Translations under genes and position numbers: made by a program
Shown here: positions 37,659-46,785 of the stretch, one piece after another
Layout of the letters: the number at the start of each line of letters is the position of its first letter
How positions within the stretch are numbered: the stretch's first letter is position 1
Assembly: GCA_965116875.1 (NCBI GenBank)
Contig: OZ220733.1
Coordinates: 2,624,001 to 2,688,000 of the forward strand
Source of the DNA: Candidatus Latescibacterota bacterium
GTDB taxonomy: Bacteria; Latescibacterota; UBA2968; GCA-2709665
Direction: 5' to 3'
Length of the DNA: 64,000 nucleotides
Notes under the pieces: generated by a model
Seen by the model: the letters and a program-made list of their open reading frames with translations, nothing else
Told to the model about the DNA's origin: nothing
Database searches by the model: none

Positions 37659-38240
37659 TCAGTACGATTCCACTCGTGTAACCGCCGTTTCGAACTGTTT
37701 CTTATCGACAATCGCCCCTCGCAGTTGCGCCTCGTACAGGAATGCGCCGTTCAGGTTGGCGCCGCGCAGATCCGTTCCCCTGAAGTCCGTCGCGCCCACA
37801 ACCGCCGCTTCGAGGTTGGCGTTCCTGAAACTCGTCGGCAGCCCCGAAGGATTCGGAAACGATGCCTGTACCACGCCCAGGCTCGCGCGTTTCAGACTGG
37901 CGCCCGTGAAGTTCGCACCGCCCAGTACCGCGCCCGACAGAAACGCATCGTCCATCACCGCGCCCGAAAGGTTTGCGCCCAGCAGGTCCGCCGCGACCAG
38001 ATATACCCGGTTCATCTTCGCGTCTCCGAGGTCGGCGCCCTTCATGCTCGCGTTGTGAAACCTGGTTTCCACAAGGGTTGCGTTGCTGAACGTTGCGTTG
38101 TCCAGCCGCGCGCCTGAGAAATCCACGCCGGAAAGGTCTTCTCCTTCGAAGTCAATCCCCGTGAGATCCTCTCCGGCCAGATTGCCGGACGTTTTCGCCC
38201 TGGCGATCAGCGCTTCCTTATCGACGAACGCGGCACTCAT
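37659..38240 (-). CDS. Pentapeptide repeat protein
   Basis: A(D/N)LxG repeats; probable start MSAAFVDK at 38240; the upstream ORF extension lies over purA. Confidence 0.85.
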   Translation of the reverse strand: MSAAFVDKEALIARAKTSGNLAGEDLTGIDFEGEDLSGVDFSGARLDNATFSNATLVETRFHNASMKGADLGDAKMNRVYLVAADLLGANLSGAVMDDAFLSGAVLGGANFTGASLKRASLGVVQASFPNPSGLPTSFRNANLEAAVVGATDFRGTDLRGANLNGAFLYEAQLRGAIVDKKQFETAVTRVESY

Positions 38241-38347
38241 CCGGTATCCCTTTTCGAAATCGGCTTCATTTGGTGGAAATATAACAAACTTGCCATGGCG
38301 GTCAACCTGTATCCCCCGAGTACAAGACCCGCGCCATCGATTCCCGG

Positions 38348-39628
38348 TCAATCCACCACAATCGTTTCCTTGCGGTCCGGTCCCACGGACACCATGGCAA
38401 TCGGCGTGCGGCTCAACTCCTGGATTCTGTCCAGGTACCGCCTGGCGTTTTCCGGCAGATCCTCCCACTGCCTGACGTGGCTCGTGGGCGATTGCCAACC
38501 CGGCACCGTTTCGTACACGGGTTCGCAATCGGCCAGCACCTTCACGTCGCTCGGGAAGTGCTCCAGCCGCTTCCCGCGGCAGGTATAGTGCGTGCAGATC
38601 CGGATCTCGTCCAGGGGATCGAGTATGTCCAGACGGGTCACGGCGATTCCGGACAGGCCGTTCACCCGGGCGGCGAACCTGAGGATCACGGCGTCCAGCC
38701 AGCCGCATCGCCGCGGCCGGCCCGTGGTCGCCCCGTACTCGTGTCCGATTTCCCGGATCCGGTCTCCGATGGCCCCTGTCAGTTCGGTGGGAAACGGTCC
38801 GTTGCCCACGCGTGTGGTATACGCTTTGACCACGCCGACGACCTCGGAAACCCGGGTGGGTCCGATTCCCGCGCCGGTACAAGCGCCGCCTGCCGTCGTA
38901 TTCGAAGACGTCACAAACGGATAGGTCCCGTGATCGATATCCAGCAATGTGCCCTGGGAGCCCTCGAACAGGACGTCCTTGCCCGCGTCGATCATCTCGT
39001 TCAGGTACACGGAGGTATCGGTGACGTACGGCGCCAGCCGTTCGCTGAACGCCATATAGGCCTCGATGATCGGCGTGGCATCCAGCCCTTCCCGGCCGTA
39101 CACGTTTTCGAGGATCTCGTTTTTCTGACGCACGTTCTCCCGCACCCTGGCAGGCAGCGCGTCCACGTCGTACAGGTCTCCCACGCGAATGCCGGAAGAG
39201 CGGTTGACCTTGTCCTGGTAGCACGGTCCGATGCCCCGGAGCGTGGTCCCGATCGCGTCCGCCCCGTCCCTTTCCTCGCTGGCCTGTTCAACGCGTTTGT
39301 GATACGGCATGACCAGATGGGTATTCGGACTGACAAACAACCGGTTCTCAATGGAAATGCCCTTCGACTCCAGTTCCTCCACCTCGAGGAACAGCGCCTC
39401 CGGATCCATCACCACACCGTTGCCGATCACGCAGGTTTTGTCGGGATGCACGATCCCCGCGGGAATGAGATGAAATACGAACTCCAGATCGCCCGCCTTG
39501 ATGGTGTGCCCGGCGTTGGCGCCACCCTGGAAACGCACCACGACGTCCGAGTCCGCCGTCATATAGTCCACCACCTTGGCCTTGCCTTCATCTCCCCACT
39601 GGGCCCCGAGCACAATGCGCACGGACAT
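38348..39628 (-). CDS. purA: Adenylosuccinate synthetase
   Basis: QWGDEGK, GGANAGHT, GTYPFVTSS, TTRVGNGPFPTE, TTGRPRRCGW. Confidence 0.97.
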   Translation of the reverse strand: MSVRIVLGAQWGDEGKAKVVDYMTADSDVVVRFQGGANAGHTIKAGDLEFVFHLIPAGIVHPDKTCVIGNGVVMDPEALFLEVEELESKGISIENRLFVSPNTHLVMPYHKRVEQASEERDGADAIGTTLRGIGPCYQDKVNRSSGIRVGDLYDVDALPARVRENVRQKNEILENVYGREGLDATPIIEAYMAFSERLAPYVTDTSVYLNEMIDAGKDVLFEGSQGTLLDIDHGTYPFVTSSNTTAGGACTGAGIGPTRVSEVVGVVKAYTTRVGNGPFPTELTGAIGDRIREIGHEYGATTGRPRRCGWLDAVILRFAARVNGLSGIAVTRLDILDPLDEIRICTHYTCRGKRLEHFPSDVKVLADCEPVYETVPGWQSPTSHVRQWEDLPENARRYLDRIQELSRTPIAMVSVGPDRKETIVVD

Positions 39629-39650
39629 ACGTTTATCTCCCAAAAATTCG

Positions 39651-39857
39651 GAGAGACGTTAGACGGGAGAGGGGAGAGAACTACACCCCGCCCCACCACC
39701 TGGTAGAGGGGAGCCGGGAAACGGGAGAGATTACCTGCCTTGTGACGATTCTTTTCGTGCCAAAGGCAAGGAGGAACATCTCGTCTGGCAAGGATTTCAT
39801 CTATCGTCTTCCGTCTTGCGTCTACCCGATTATTACGCCTCTACCGTCTACCCGATT
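39651..39857 (-). repeat. ~210-bp intergenic element with heptamer-repeat arms, copy 2
   Basis: Inverted, diverged homolog of 32157-32370. Confidence 0.7.
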
Positions 39858-41444
39858 CTAAAATTTCGCCTGTCTGACCCACAGGAATTCCGGCGCTTCG
39901 GCGATGCGCTGCAACACGTCGTCCGGCGCGGGCGAATCCAGGCTGATCATCATGATGGCCTGCCCGCCCCGGCTGTCCCGCCCCAGCGCCATATCGGCGA
40001 TATTGAGTTCCTCTTCGGCCAGGAGCGTCCCGATCCAGCCGACCACGCCCGGAACGTCGCGGTTGCAGCAGATCAGCACGTCGCCTTCCAGTCTGGCCTT
40101 CACTTCGAACCGGTCGATACGCACGACACGCGCGTCGCTGCTGCCGAAAACCGTGGCGGATATCGAAGTCCTTCCCACCGTCGTTTCGTAATCCACCGTC
40201 ATCAGATTCGAATAGTCCTTGTGGGCGCTGCTCCGCGTTTCGTCGATCTTGACCCCTCGTTTCTGTGCGAAAAGCGGGGCGTTCACGTACGTCACGAGTT
40301 CATCCGTCAGATTTGTAATGGCCCCTTTCAAGACCGCCGCCGTCATCGGCGAGGTTGCGAATTTCAGGATGTCTCCGTGGTACTCGATGGCGATTCGCCG
40401 CAGGCTGCCCCGGCTCAACCGGGCCTGCAACGCACCCACCTTCTCGGCCAGCAGAAGGTACGGCCGGACGTCCTCGTAGAGCGACGGATCCACCGAAGGC
40501 ATATTGACCGCCCGGTGGGCCGGCCTGTCCTTCAGGACCTCCCAGACGTCCTGTGCGATCTGGCGCGCCACGCGGTCCTGCGCCTCCGTGGTTGAAGCGG
40601 CCAGATGCGGCGTGCAGATCACCTCGCGGCGCCGGAGAAGCGGGTGATCCTTCGACGGGGGTTCCTCCTCGTACACGTCGAGCGCGGCGCCGGCCACCCT
40701 CCCTTCCTCGATTGCGTGCAGAAGCGCCGTCTCGTCGACCAGCCCGCCCCGCGCACAGTTGAGAATACGCACGCCGGATTTGCATTCCTCCAGGGACGCC
40801 GCTGAAATCAGGTGGCGCGTGGCCTCCATCAGCGGCGTATGAAGCGTGATATAATCCGACGTCGCGTAGATTTCTTCCAGGGACGTCAGCTTCACCTGGT
40901 ATCTGGCGGCCATCTCTTCGGAAAGGAACGGATCGTGACCCAGTACCGTCATCCCCAGAGCCCGCGCCAGGCGGGCGACGTGCTGTCCCACCCGTCCCAC
41001 GCCGACAATACCCAGCGACTTTCCGTTCAACTCCACGCCCGTATAGGACTTTCTTTCCCACGCGCCGCGTTTCAGAGAGGCGGTTGCCTGCGGAATGTTG
41101 CGGCTGAGCGCAAGCAGCATCCCAACGGTATGCTCGGCCGTGGCAATGGTGTTCCCGCCGGGCGAATGTACCACCACCACGCCCCGCTCCGTGGCGGCGC
41201 CAATGTCTATATTGTCCACGCCGACTCCGGCGCGTCCGATCACGCGGAGCCGGTGCGCCGCTGCCAGTATCTCACGGGTCACATGCGTTTCGCTTCGAAT
41301 GATCATCCCGTCGTAGGCGCCGATTTCACGGGTCAGCGCCTCGGGCGAGAGGCCGGTCCGGACGTCCACCCGGACATCCGGCGCCTCCGCGAACACGCTC
41401 TGCCAGCCGCGGGACAACGTATCTGCGATTAAAACCCGCTTCAT
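39858..41444 (-). CDS. serA: D-3-phosphoglycerate dehydrogenase (with ASB and ACT domains)
   Basis: RAGVGVDNID, GVGRVG, NCARGG, TPHLAAST, C-terminal ACT NRDVPG. Confidence 0.95.
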   Translation of the reverse strand: MKRVLIADTLSRGWQSVFAEAPDVRVDVRTGLSPEALTREIGAYDGMIIRSETHVTREILAAAHRLRVIGRAGVGVDNIDIGAATERGVVVVHSPGGNTIATAEHTVGMLLALSRNIPQATASLKRGAWERKSYTGVELNGKSLGIVGVGRVGQHVARLARALGMTVLGHDPFLSEEMAARYQVKLTSLEEIYATSDYITLHTPLMEATRHLISAASLEECKSGVRILNCARGGLVDETALLHAIEEGRVAGAALDVYEEEPPSKDHPLLRRREVICTPHLAASTTEAQDRVARQIAQDVWEVLKDRPAHRAVNMPSVDPSLYEDVRPYLLLAEKVGALQARLSRGSLRRIAIEYHGDILKFATSPMTAAVLKGAITNLTDELVTYVNAPLFAQKRGVKIDETRSSAHKDYSNLMTVDYETTVGRTSISATVFGSSDARVVRIDRFEVKARLEGDVLICCNRDVPGVVGWIGTLLAEEELNIADMALGRDSRGGQAIMMISLDSPAPDDVLQRIAEAPEFLWVRQAKF

Positions 41445-41462
41445 AGGTATCAAAGAAAGCTG

Positions 41463-42656
41463 TCAGCTGTCAGCGCTCAGCGCGTCTTGCGCGGCCCTCA
41501 CGCCCGCTCCGGCTTCGAATTCCCATCCGCTCTCCCGGAGACCGAACTCAAGCGCCGAAACTGCCTCCAGAGTCCCGGCGTCGTTCACGTGACCCAGGTT
41601 GGAGATCCGCACCATGCGGCCCCGGTAATCGCCCAGCCCTCCGCCGACCACCACGCCGCGCTCGCGCCGCATCGTTTCCATCAGCTCGAGGCCGTCCACG
41701 CTCCCCGGCAGCAAAATCGCGGTCAGCGCGTTCGAAGGCCGCCGCGCGAAACAGGTCAGTCCCAGCGCTGCCGCGGACGCCCGCACCGCCCGGGCATGCC
41801 GGGCATGCCGCTCCCAGACCTGCGGGAGACCCTCCTCGCGGAGCATCTGAAGCGCGACCTGAAGCCCCGAAAGAAGCGTAACCGGCAACGTGGCCGGCGC
41901 CCTGCCCTCCGCCATCGACCTCCGGTAGCCTGCCAGATCCCAATAGTACTTCGGAAGCCGGGACCGCCCGTGCGCCTTCCATACCCGCGGCCCCACGGCT
42001 GCCATACCCATACCGGGAGGCAGCATCAGCCCCTTCTGGGACGCCGTCACCGCCAGGTCCACGTTCCACGCCTCCGGCGGCAGCGGGTGAGCCGCCACGC
42101 TGGAGACGCCGTCCACGACAAGCAGCGCTCCCGTTTCCCTCACCACCTCGCCGATCGCGGCAACGTCGTGCAGGACGCCTGTCGAGGTCTCGCTGTGTGT
42201 GGCGAATACGACCCGTAAGCCAGGGTCGTCCCGAAGCGCCTCGGCCACGACCTGCGGATCCACCGCTTCACCCCAGGGAAACTCACGTTCGACGACCTCG
42301 ACCCCGTATGCGCGGCAGAGGTCCGTCCACCGCGCGCCGAACTGCCCCGCCTGCACGACCAGGGCCCGGTCCCCGGCGCAGAGGGTATTGGCGACCGCGG
42401 CCTCCATCACGCCCGTACCCGAGCAGGACAGCAGGAATACGTCATAGGACGTGGGAAAGACCTCCTGAAGCCCAAGGACCGCATTTCGAAGCAACTCGGG
42501 AAACTCAGGACCGCGGTGATAGACCGGAGTCCCGGCCATCGCGGCCTGAACTCTTTCAGGAATGGGCGTCGGGCCGGGTGTAAAGAGCCGCTGCCGCCTC
42601 AGACCGTCGGGCGAACCGTGGTTCTCCACAAACGCCGGCCTATTCTTCAACGACAT
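41463..42656 (-). CDS. Class V PLP aminotransferase (serine-pyruvate/alanine-glyoxylate type)
   Basis: FTPGPT, SGTGVME, HSETSTG, VDGVSS, SQKGLMLPPG. Confidence 0.9.
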   Translation of the reverse strand: MSLKNRPAFVENHGSPDGLRRQRLFTPGPTPIPERVQAAMAGTPVYHRGPEFPELLRNAVLGLQEVFPTSYDVFLLSCSGTGVMEAAVANTLCAGDRALVVQAGQFGARWTDLCRAYGVEVVEREFPWGEAVDPQVVAEALRDDPGLRVVFATHSETSTGVLHDVAAIGEVVRETGALLVVDGVSSVAAHPLPPEAWNVDLAVTASQKGLMLPPGMGMAAVGPRVWKAHGRSRLPKYYWDLAGYRRSMAEGRAPATLPVTLLSGLQVALQMLREEGLPQVWERHARHARAVRASAAALGLTCFARRPSNALTAILLPGSVDGLELMETMRRERGVVVGGGLGDYRGRMVRISNLGHVNDAGTLEAVSALEFGLRESGWEFEAGAGVRAAQDALSADS

Positions 42657-43227
42657 TCCGGATCCACCTCCAGACAGCCTGTCTGCCCAGACCGGATACC
42701 GCCGAAAACGGTACGAGGTCGAATTCACCCACCCCGGAAAGCAGGTCCCGCGTACGGTCCAGCCGCGATTTCTGCCGGCTTCCCGGAATCTTGTCAGCCT
42801 TGGTGGCAATCACCAGAAACGGACGGTCGAATTGCATGAGCCATGCCGCCAGCTCCACGTCGCTGCCCGTTGGATCGTGCCGGGCATCCATGAGATGCAA
42901 TATGCCGCGCAATGAGGTCCGCGTATCCAGATAGCCGTTGATCAGTCCGGCCCACTGCCGGCGCTCCTGCAGCCCCCGCTTTGCGTAACCATAACCGGGC
43001 AGATCCACGAAATGCAGCGCCCCGTTGACACGGTAGTAGTTCAGGGTACGCGTCTTGCCCGGCGTCTTGCTGGTGCCCGCCAGTTGTCTGCGGTTCAGCA
43101 GCCGGTTGAGCAGGGAGGATTTCCCCACGTTCGAACGGCCGGCAAAGGCGATTTCCGGCAGTCCCTCCATCGGAAGTCGGTCCGGATGGGCGACGCTGGT
43201 CACAAAATCGGCGGTACGGATGTGCAT
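42640..43227 (-). CDS. engB: Ribosome biogenesis GTPase EngB/YsxC/YihA
   Basis: GRSNVGKSS, PGKTR, DLPGYGY, TKADK. Confidence 0.95.
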   Translation of the reverse strand: MHIRTADFVTSVAHPDRLPMEGLPEIAFAGRSNVGKSSLLNRLLNRRQLAGTSKTPGKTRTLNYYRVNGALHFVDLPGYGYAKRGLQERRQWAGLINGYLDTRTSLRGILHLMDARHDPTGSDVELAAWLMQFDRPFLVIATKADKIPGSRQKSRLDRTRDLLSGVGEFDLVPFSAVSGLGRQAVWRWIRNVVEE

Positions 43228-43320
43228 AACGGGTATCCGGGGACGGCTTCATTGCCGGACACATAGAAAACCGGGGCAATGGACCCCGGTTCCGAAGGTA
43301 AACGAACGGTGAAACCGCGA

Positions 43321-44562
43321 CTACGCGCTCTTTTTCTCTTCAATGTGAAGCCGGGGTTTGGACCTGCCGGCCACCATCTCCTTCGTGACCGAAACCCGCT
43401 TGCGATCCGGGGAGGAAGGGAGGTCGTACATCAGATCGATCATGATGTCCTCCAGAACCGATCGCAACCCCCTGGCGCCCGTTCCCTTCTGGACGGTTCG
43501 CCGCACCACCTCGTTCAGGGCGCCGTCTTCGAATTCGAGATCCGCGCCATCCATTTCGAACAGTTTCCGATACTGCTTGGTGATCGCATTCTTCGGCTCG
43601 GTCAGAATCTTGTACAATGCATTCTCATCGAGATCGCTGAGGGAACACGTTATGGGCAGCCTGCCGACCAGCTCGGGAATCAGGCCGTACCTGATGAGGT
43701 CCTCCGGCTCCACCTCGGCAAAGAACGTGCCCGCGCTCCGTTTTTCCCCGGGGCTGTCCTTCGCGCCGAAACCGATGGTCTTTTCACCGATCCGGTTGCT
43801 GATAATCTCCTCCAGGCCGTCGAATGCTCCGCCGCATATGAACAGAATATTCCGTGTATTCACCTGGATCAGGGGCTGCTCGGGATGTTTCCGTCCTCCC
43901 TTCGGCGGTATGCTGGCGACGGTGCCCTCGAGGATCTTCAACAGGGCCTGCTGCACGCCTTCCCCGGATACGTCGCGGGTAATCGACGGATTGGCCGCCT
44001 TTCTCGAAATCTTGTCGACTTCGTCCAGGTAGAGAATGCCCATTTCCGCCTGGGCCACGTCGTAGTCGGCCGCCTGCAGCAGGCGGACCAGGATATTCTC
44101 AACGTCTTCGCCCACGTATCCCGCTTCGGTGAGAATGGTCGCGTCCGCGATGGAGAAGGGAACGTCCAGGATGCGCGCGAGCGTCTGGGCAAGGAGGGTC
44201 TTCCCGGTTCCCGTGGGCCCGACGAGCAGTATGTTGCTCTTTTCGAGCTCAACGTCGTCCGTGGTGACGCGGGACCGGATCCTCTTGTAGTGATTGTAAA
44301 CCGCGACGGATAGCGTGCGCTTGGCCGCCTCCTGCCCGATCACGTATTCGTCGAGCCGCGTTTTGATGGTCGCGGGTTTGGGCAGCTTCTGCCTGGGCGA
44401 AGCCGGCTTCTGCCTGGCGTCCTCCTGCAGCACTTCGTTGCACAGCTTGACGCAGTCGCTGCAAATGTGGACCGAAGTCCCCGTAATGATCTTTTCGACC
44501 TGGTCGTTGCCCTTGTCGCAGAAAGAACACCGCACATCGGCTCGTGAAGTTCGTCTCTTCAT
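43321..44562 (-). CDS. clpX: ATP-dependent Clp protease ATP-binding subunit
   Basis: CSFC zinc finger, [16 protein letters not shown] and IGF loops. Confidence 0.97.
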   Translation of the reverse strand: MKRRTSRADVRCSFCDKGNDQVEKIITGTSVHICSDCVKLCNEVLQEDARQKPASPRQKLPKPATIKTRLDEYVIGQEAAKRTLSVAVYNHYKRIRSRVTTDDVELEKSNILLVGPTGTGKTLLAQTLARILDVPFSIADATILTEAGYVGEDVENILVRLLQAADYDVAQAEMGILYLDEVDKISRKAANPSITRDVSGEGVQQALLKILEGTVASIPPKGGRKHPEQPLIQVNTRNILFICGGAFDGLEEIISNRIGEKTIGFGAKDSPGEKRSAGTFFAEVEPEDLIRYGLIPELVGRLPITCSLSDLDENALYKILTEPKNAITKQYRKLFEMDGADLEFEDGALNEVVRRTVQKGTGARGLRSVLEDIMIDLMYDLPSSPDRKRVSVTKEMVAGRSKPRLHIEEKKSA

Positions 44563-44624
44563 ACATTTACCCAAGATAACGCAATCGTGGATGTCTGAAG
44601 TTCTTGTCGCCGCGCAGCCGCCGT

Positions 44625-45239
44625 TTACTCATCGTCGTCGATCACGAGACTGTCTTCCTTGCTTGGCGCCAGCACCTCATCGATCACACCGTACTCCACG
44701 GCCTCGCCGGCGGACATGAAGAAATCCCGGTCGGCATCCTTGGCGACCCGCTCGATCGGCTGCCGGGTCTGTTCCGCCAGGATCTCGTTCAGCCGGTCCC
44801 GCCACTGGAGGATTTCCCTGGCGTGGCGTTCCACGTCCGAAGCCTGTCCGCCCGCGCCGCCCATGGGCTGATGGACCAGGATCCTGGAATTCGGGAGGGC
44901 GCGCCGCTGTCCCCTGGTGCCTCCGGCGAGGAGTACGGCGGCGATGCTGAATGCCTGTCCGACGCACACGGTTTCAACTTCGTTGGGCACGTACTGCATG
45001 GTATCGTATATGGCCAGCCCGGCCGTTATGCTGCCGCCGGGCGAATTGATATACAGCCGAATGGTCTTTTCCGGCGATTCCGAACTGCAGAACAGCATCT
45101 GTGCAATGACCAGGTTTGCAATGGTGTCGTTAATTGGAAACCCGATGAAAATGATATTGTCCCTCAAGAGACGGGAGAAGATGTCGTAGGACCGTTCACC
45201 GAGCCCCGTCTTCTCCAATACCATGGGTACAAGTGCCAT
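44625..45239 (-). CDS. clpP: ATP-dependent Clp protease proteolytic subunit
   Basis: YINSPGG, AFSIA (Ser), HQP (His), DRDFF (Asp). Confidence 0.96.
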   Translation of the reverse strand: MALVPMVLEKTGLGERSYDIFSRLLRDNIIFIGFPINDTIANLVIAQMLFCSSESPEKTIRLYINSPGGSITAGLAIYDTMQYVPNEVETVCVGQAFSIAAVLLAGGTRGQRRALPNSRILVHQPMGGAGGQASDVERHAREILQWRDRLNEILAEQTRQPIERVAKDADRDFFMSAGEAVEYGVIDEVLAPSKEDSLVIDDDE

Positions 45240-45291
45240 AGGCGTCTGTTCTCCCTCCCTCTCCTTGCCGGAATCCAAACGATGGGTCGTC

Positions 45292-46587
45292 CTATTTCGC
45301 CTCGACGTCTTCGATTTCCGCGTGTTCGATCAGTAGATCGAACGTTTTCTCCGTCAGCAGGTTGGACTCGATTCGTTCGATCTGGTCCGAACGCTTGAGA
45401 ATCTGGCGGAGTTGCTCGCGTTCCGTGTTGTATCGACGCGACATAACGTCGAGTTGGCGGTCCAGGTCCGCCGCTTCCACCACCAGATCTTCCTGCTTCT
45501 GAATTGCCTCCAATAATAGATGACGCTTCAACCCGCGAATGGTGCCCTCCCGGCTTTCACGGCGGATCGCCTCTTCATCTATATCTTGGTCGTGCCCCTC
45601 GTGTTCCCTCTTCTGATTCTCCACCAGCGTGTCGAGCGCGTTCTCGATCATGGTCTCAGGGAGATCGAACGCGTTCTTTCGAATCAGCTCGTCGACGATG
45701 TGGCCCTCGAGGTAGCGACGCGAGGCGAAGTCTGCCTGCGCCTGCAGATCCGTACGGATCTGGGTTCTGAATTCATCCAGGGACTCGAACTGACCCTGGT
45801 CCCGGGCGAACTCGTCGTCCAGTTCCGGCAGCGTGCGTTCCCGGATCTCCCTGGCGGAGAACATCATGCGGATCTCACGGCCCGCCTGGTGTTGCGCGCC
45901 GCCGGCATGGGCTTCGTGTTCGTCTCCCTCCGCATGCGTCAGCAGAATCTGCCGGGTTTCGCCCGTTGAAATGCCCACCAGCTGGTTGTCGAGGTCGTGG
46001 TTGGCGTTGCTCCCGCCAATATGAAACGGGCGTTCTTCCTGTTTGCGGCCGATAATCGGCAGTCCGTTCTCATCCAGTTCCTGCAGATCCGCAACGACAA
46101 CGTCGCCCGATTCGGCGGGCCGGTCGACTTCCTGCTCCGTGGCGCTCTGTTCCCGGACGCGCTGGAGTTGCTCTTCGATATCGGCGTCGGCGACTTCGAA
46201 CACCGGGCGGGTGGTTTTCAGACCCCGGTAATCCTGTACGACGATATCCGGCTTGACATCCACGGAAGCCGTAAACTTCAGCGGCTCTCCCTCTTCGTAA
46301 TTCACGTCTTCGATGGTGGCTTCCGAGATCGGAGTCAACCCCTCCGATTTGCTGGCCTCGCGGTAGTACTCCTGCATCACGTCCTGCAGGACCTCGCCCT
46401 GGATCGCCTTGCCGAACCGCTTTTTGACCAGGCTCACAGGTATCTTTCCCCTGCGAAAGCCCGGCAGGTTCAACGATTTGCTATAGTTTTTGTATGCGGT
46501 CTCGAATCGCCGGCGCACGTCTTCGTCCGGAACCTCGATCACCAGCGTCCTGTGCCACGTATCCGACTCTGAAACGGTCACCTTCAT
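45292..46587 (-). CDS. tig: Trigger factor
   Basis: LPGFRRGK ribosome-binding motif, LPELDDEFA; tig-clpP-clpX order. Confidence 0.93.
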   Translation of the reverse strand: MKVTVSESDTWHRTLVIEVPDEDVRRRFETAYKNYSKSLNLPGFRRGKIPVSLVKKRFGKAIQGEVLQDVMQEYYREASKSEGLTPISEATIEDVNYEEGEPLKFTASVDVKPDIVVQDYRGLKTTRPVFEVADADIEEQLQRVREQSATEQEVDRPAESGDVVVADLQELDENGLPIIGRKQEERPFHIGGSNANHDLDNQLVGISTGETRQILLTHAEGDEHEAHAGGAQHQAGREIRMMFSAREIRERTLPELDDEFARDQGQFESLDEFRTQIRTDLQAQADFASRRYLEGHIVDELIRKNAFDLPETMIENALDTLVENQKREHEGHDQDIDEEAIRRESREGTIRGLKRHLLLEAIQKQEDLVVEAADLDRQLDVMSRRYNTEREQLRQILKRSDQIERIESNLLTEKTFDLLIEHAEIEDVEAK

Positions 46588-46643
46588 GACGTACGGCATC
46601 CTTCCGGCACTTCTGCAGCGTTTCAAGGACGATCCAAGCGGGA

Positions 46644-46672
46644 ATGATAAGCAAATGCGGCGGAATTGTCAA
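46644..46672 (-). promoter_or_regulatory. Sigma70 promoter of the tig-clpP-clpX operon
   Basis: TTGACA-17 bp-TATCAT on the minus strand. Confidence 0.7.
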
Positions 46673-46727
46673 TCCGTTTACCGCAACTCCGACGCTGCGA
46701 ATGACAGAACCCGTTCACACTGCCGCG

Positions 46728-46759
46728 AAAAAAAATCCGGACACAACTTCTGCCCGGAT
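46728..46759 (-). terminator. Intrinsic terminator after the radical SAM gene
   Basis: ATCCGGGCA-loop-TGTCCGGAT followed by a T tract. Confidence 0.75.
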
Positions 46760-46785
46760 CTGTTCGACGTCTGTGGGCGGTCCGC

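Noticed and set aside
37659-39224. 521-aa ORF as a single protein
   Set aside because: The N-terminal ~330 aa overlap purA in another frame; only 37659-38240 is a credible pentapeptide-repeat gene.
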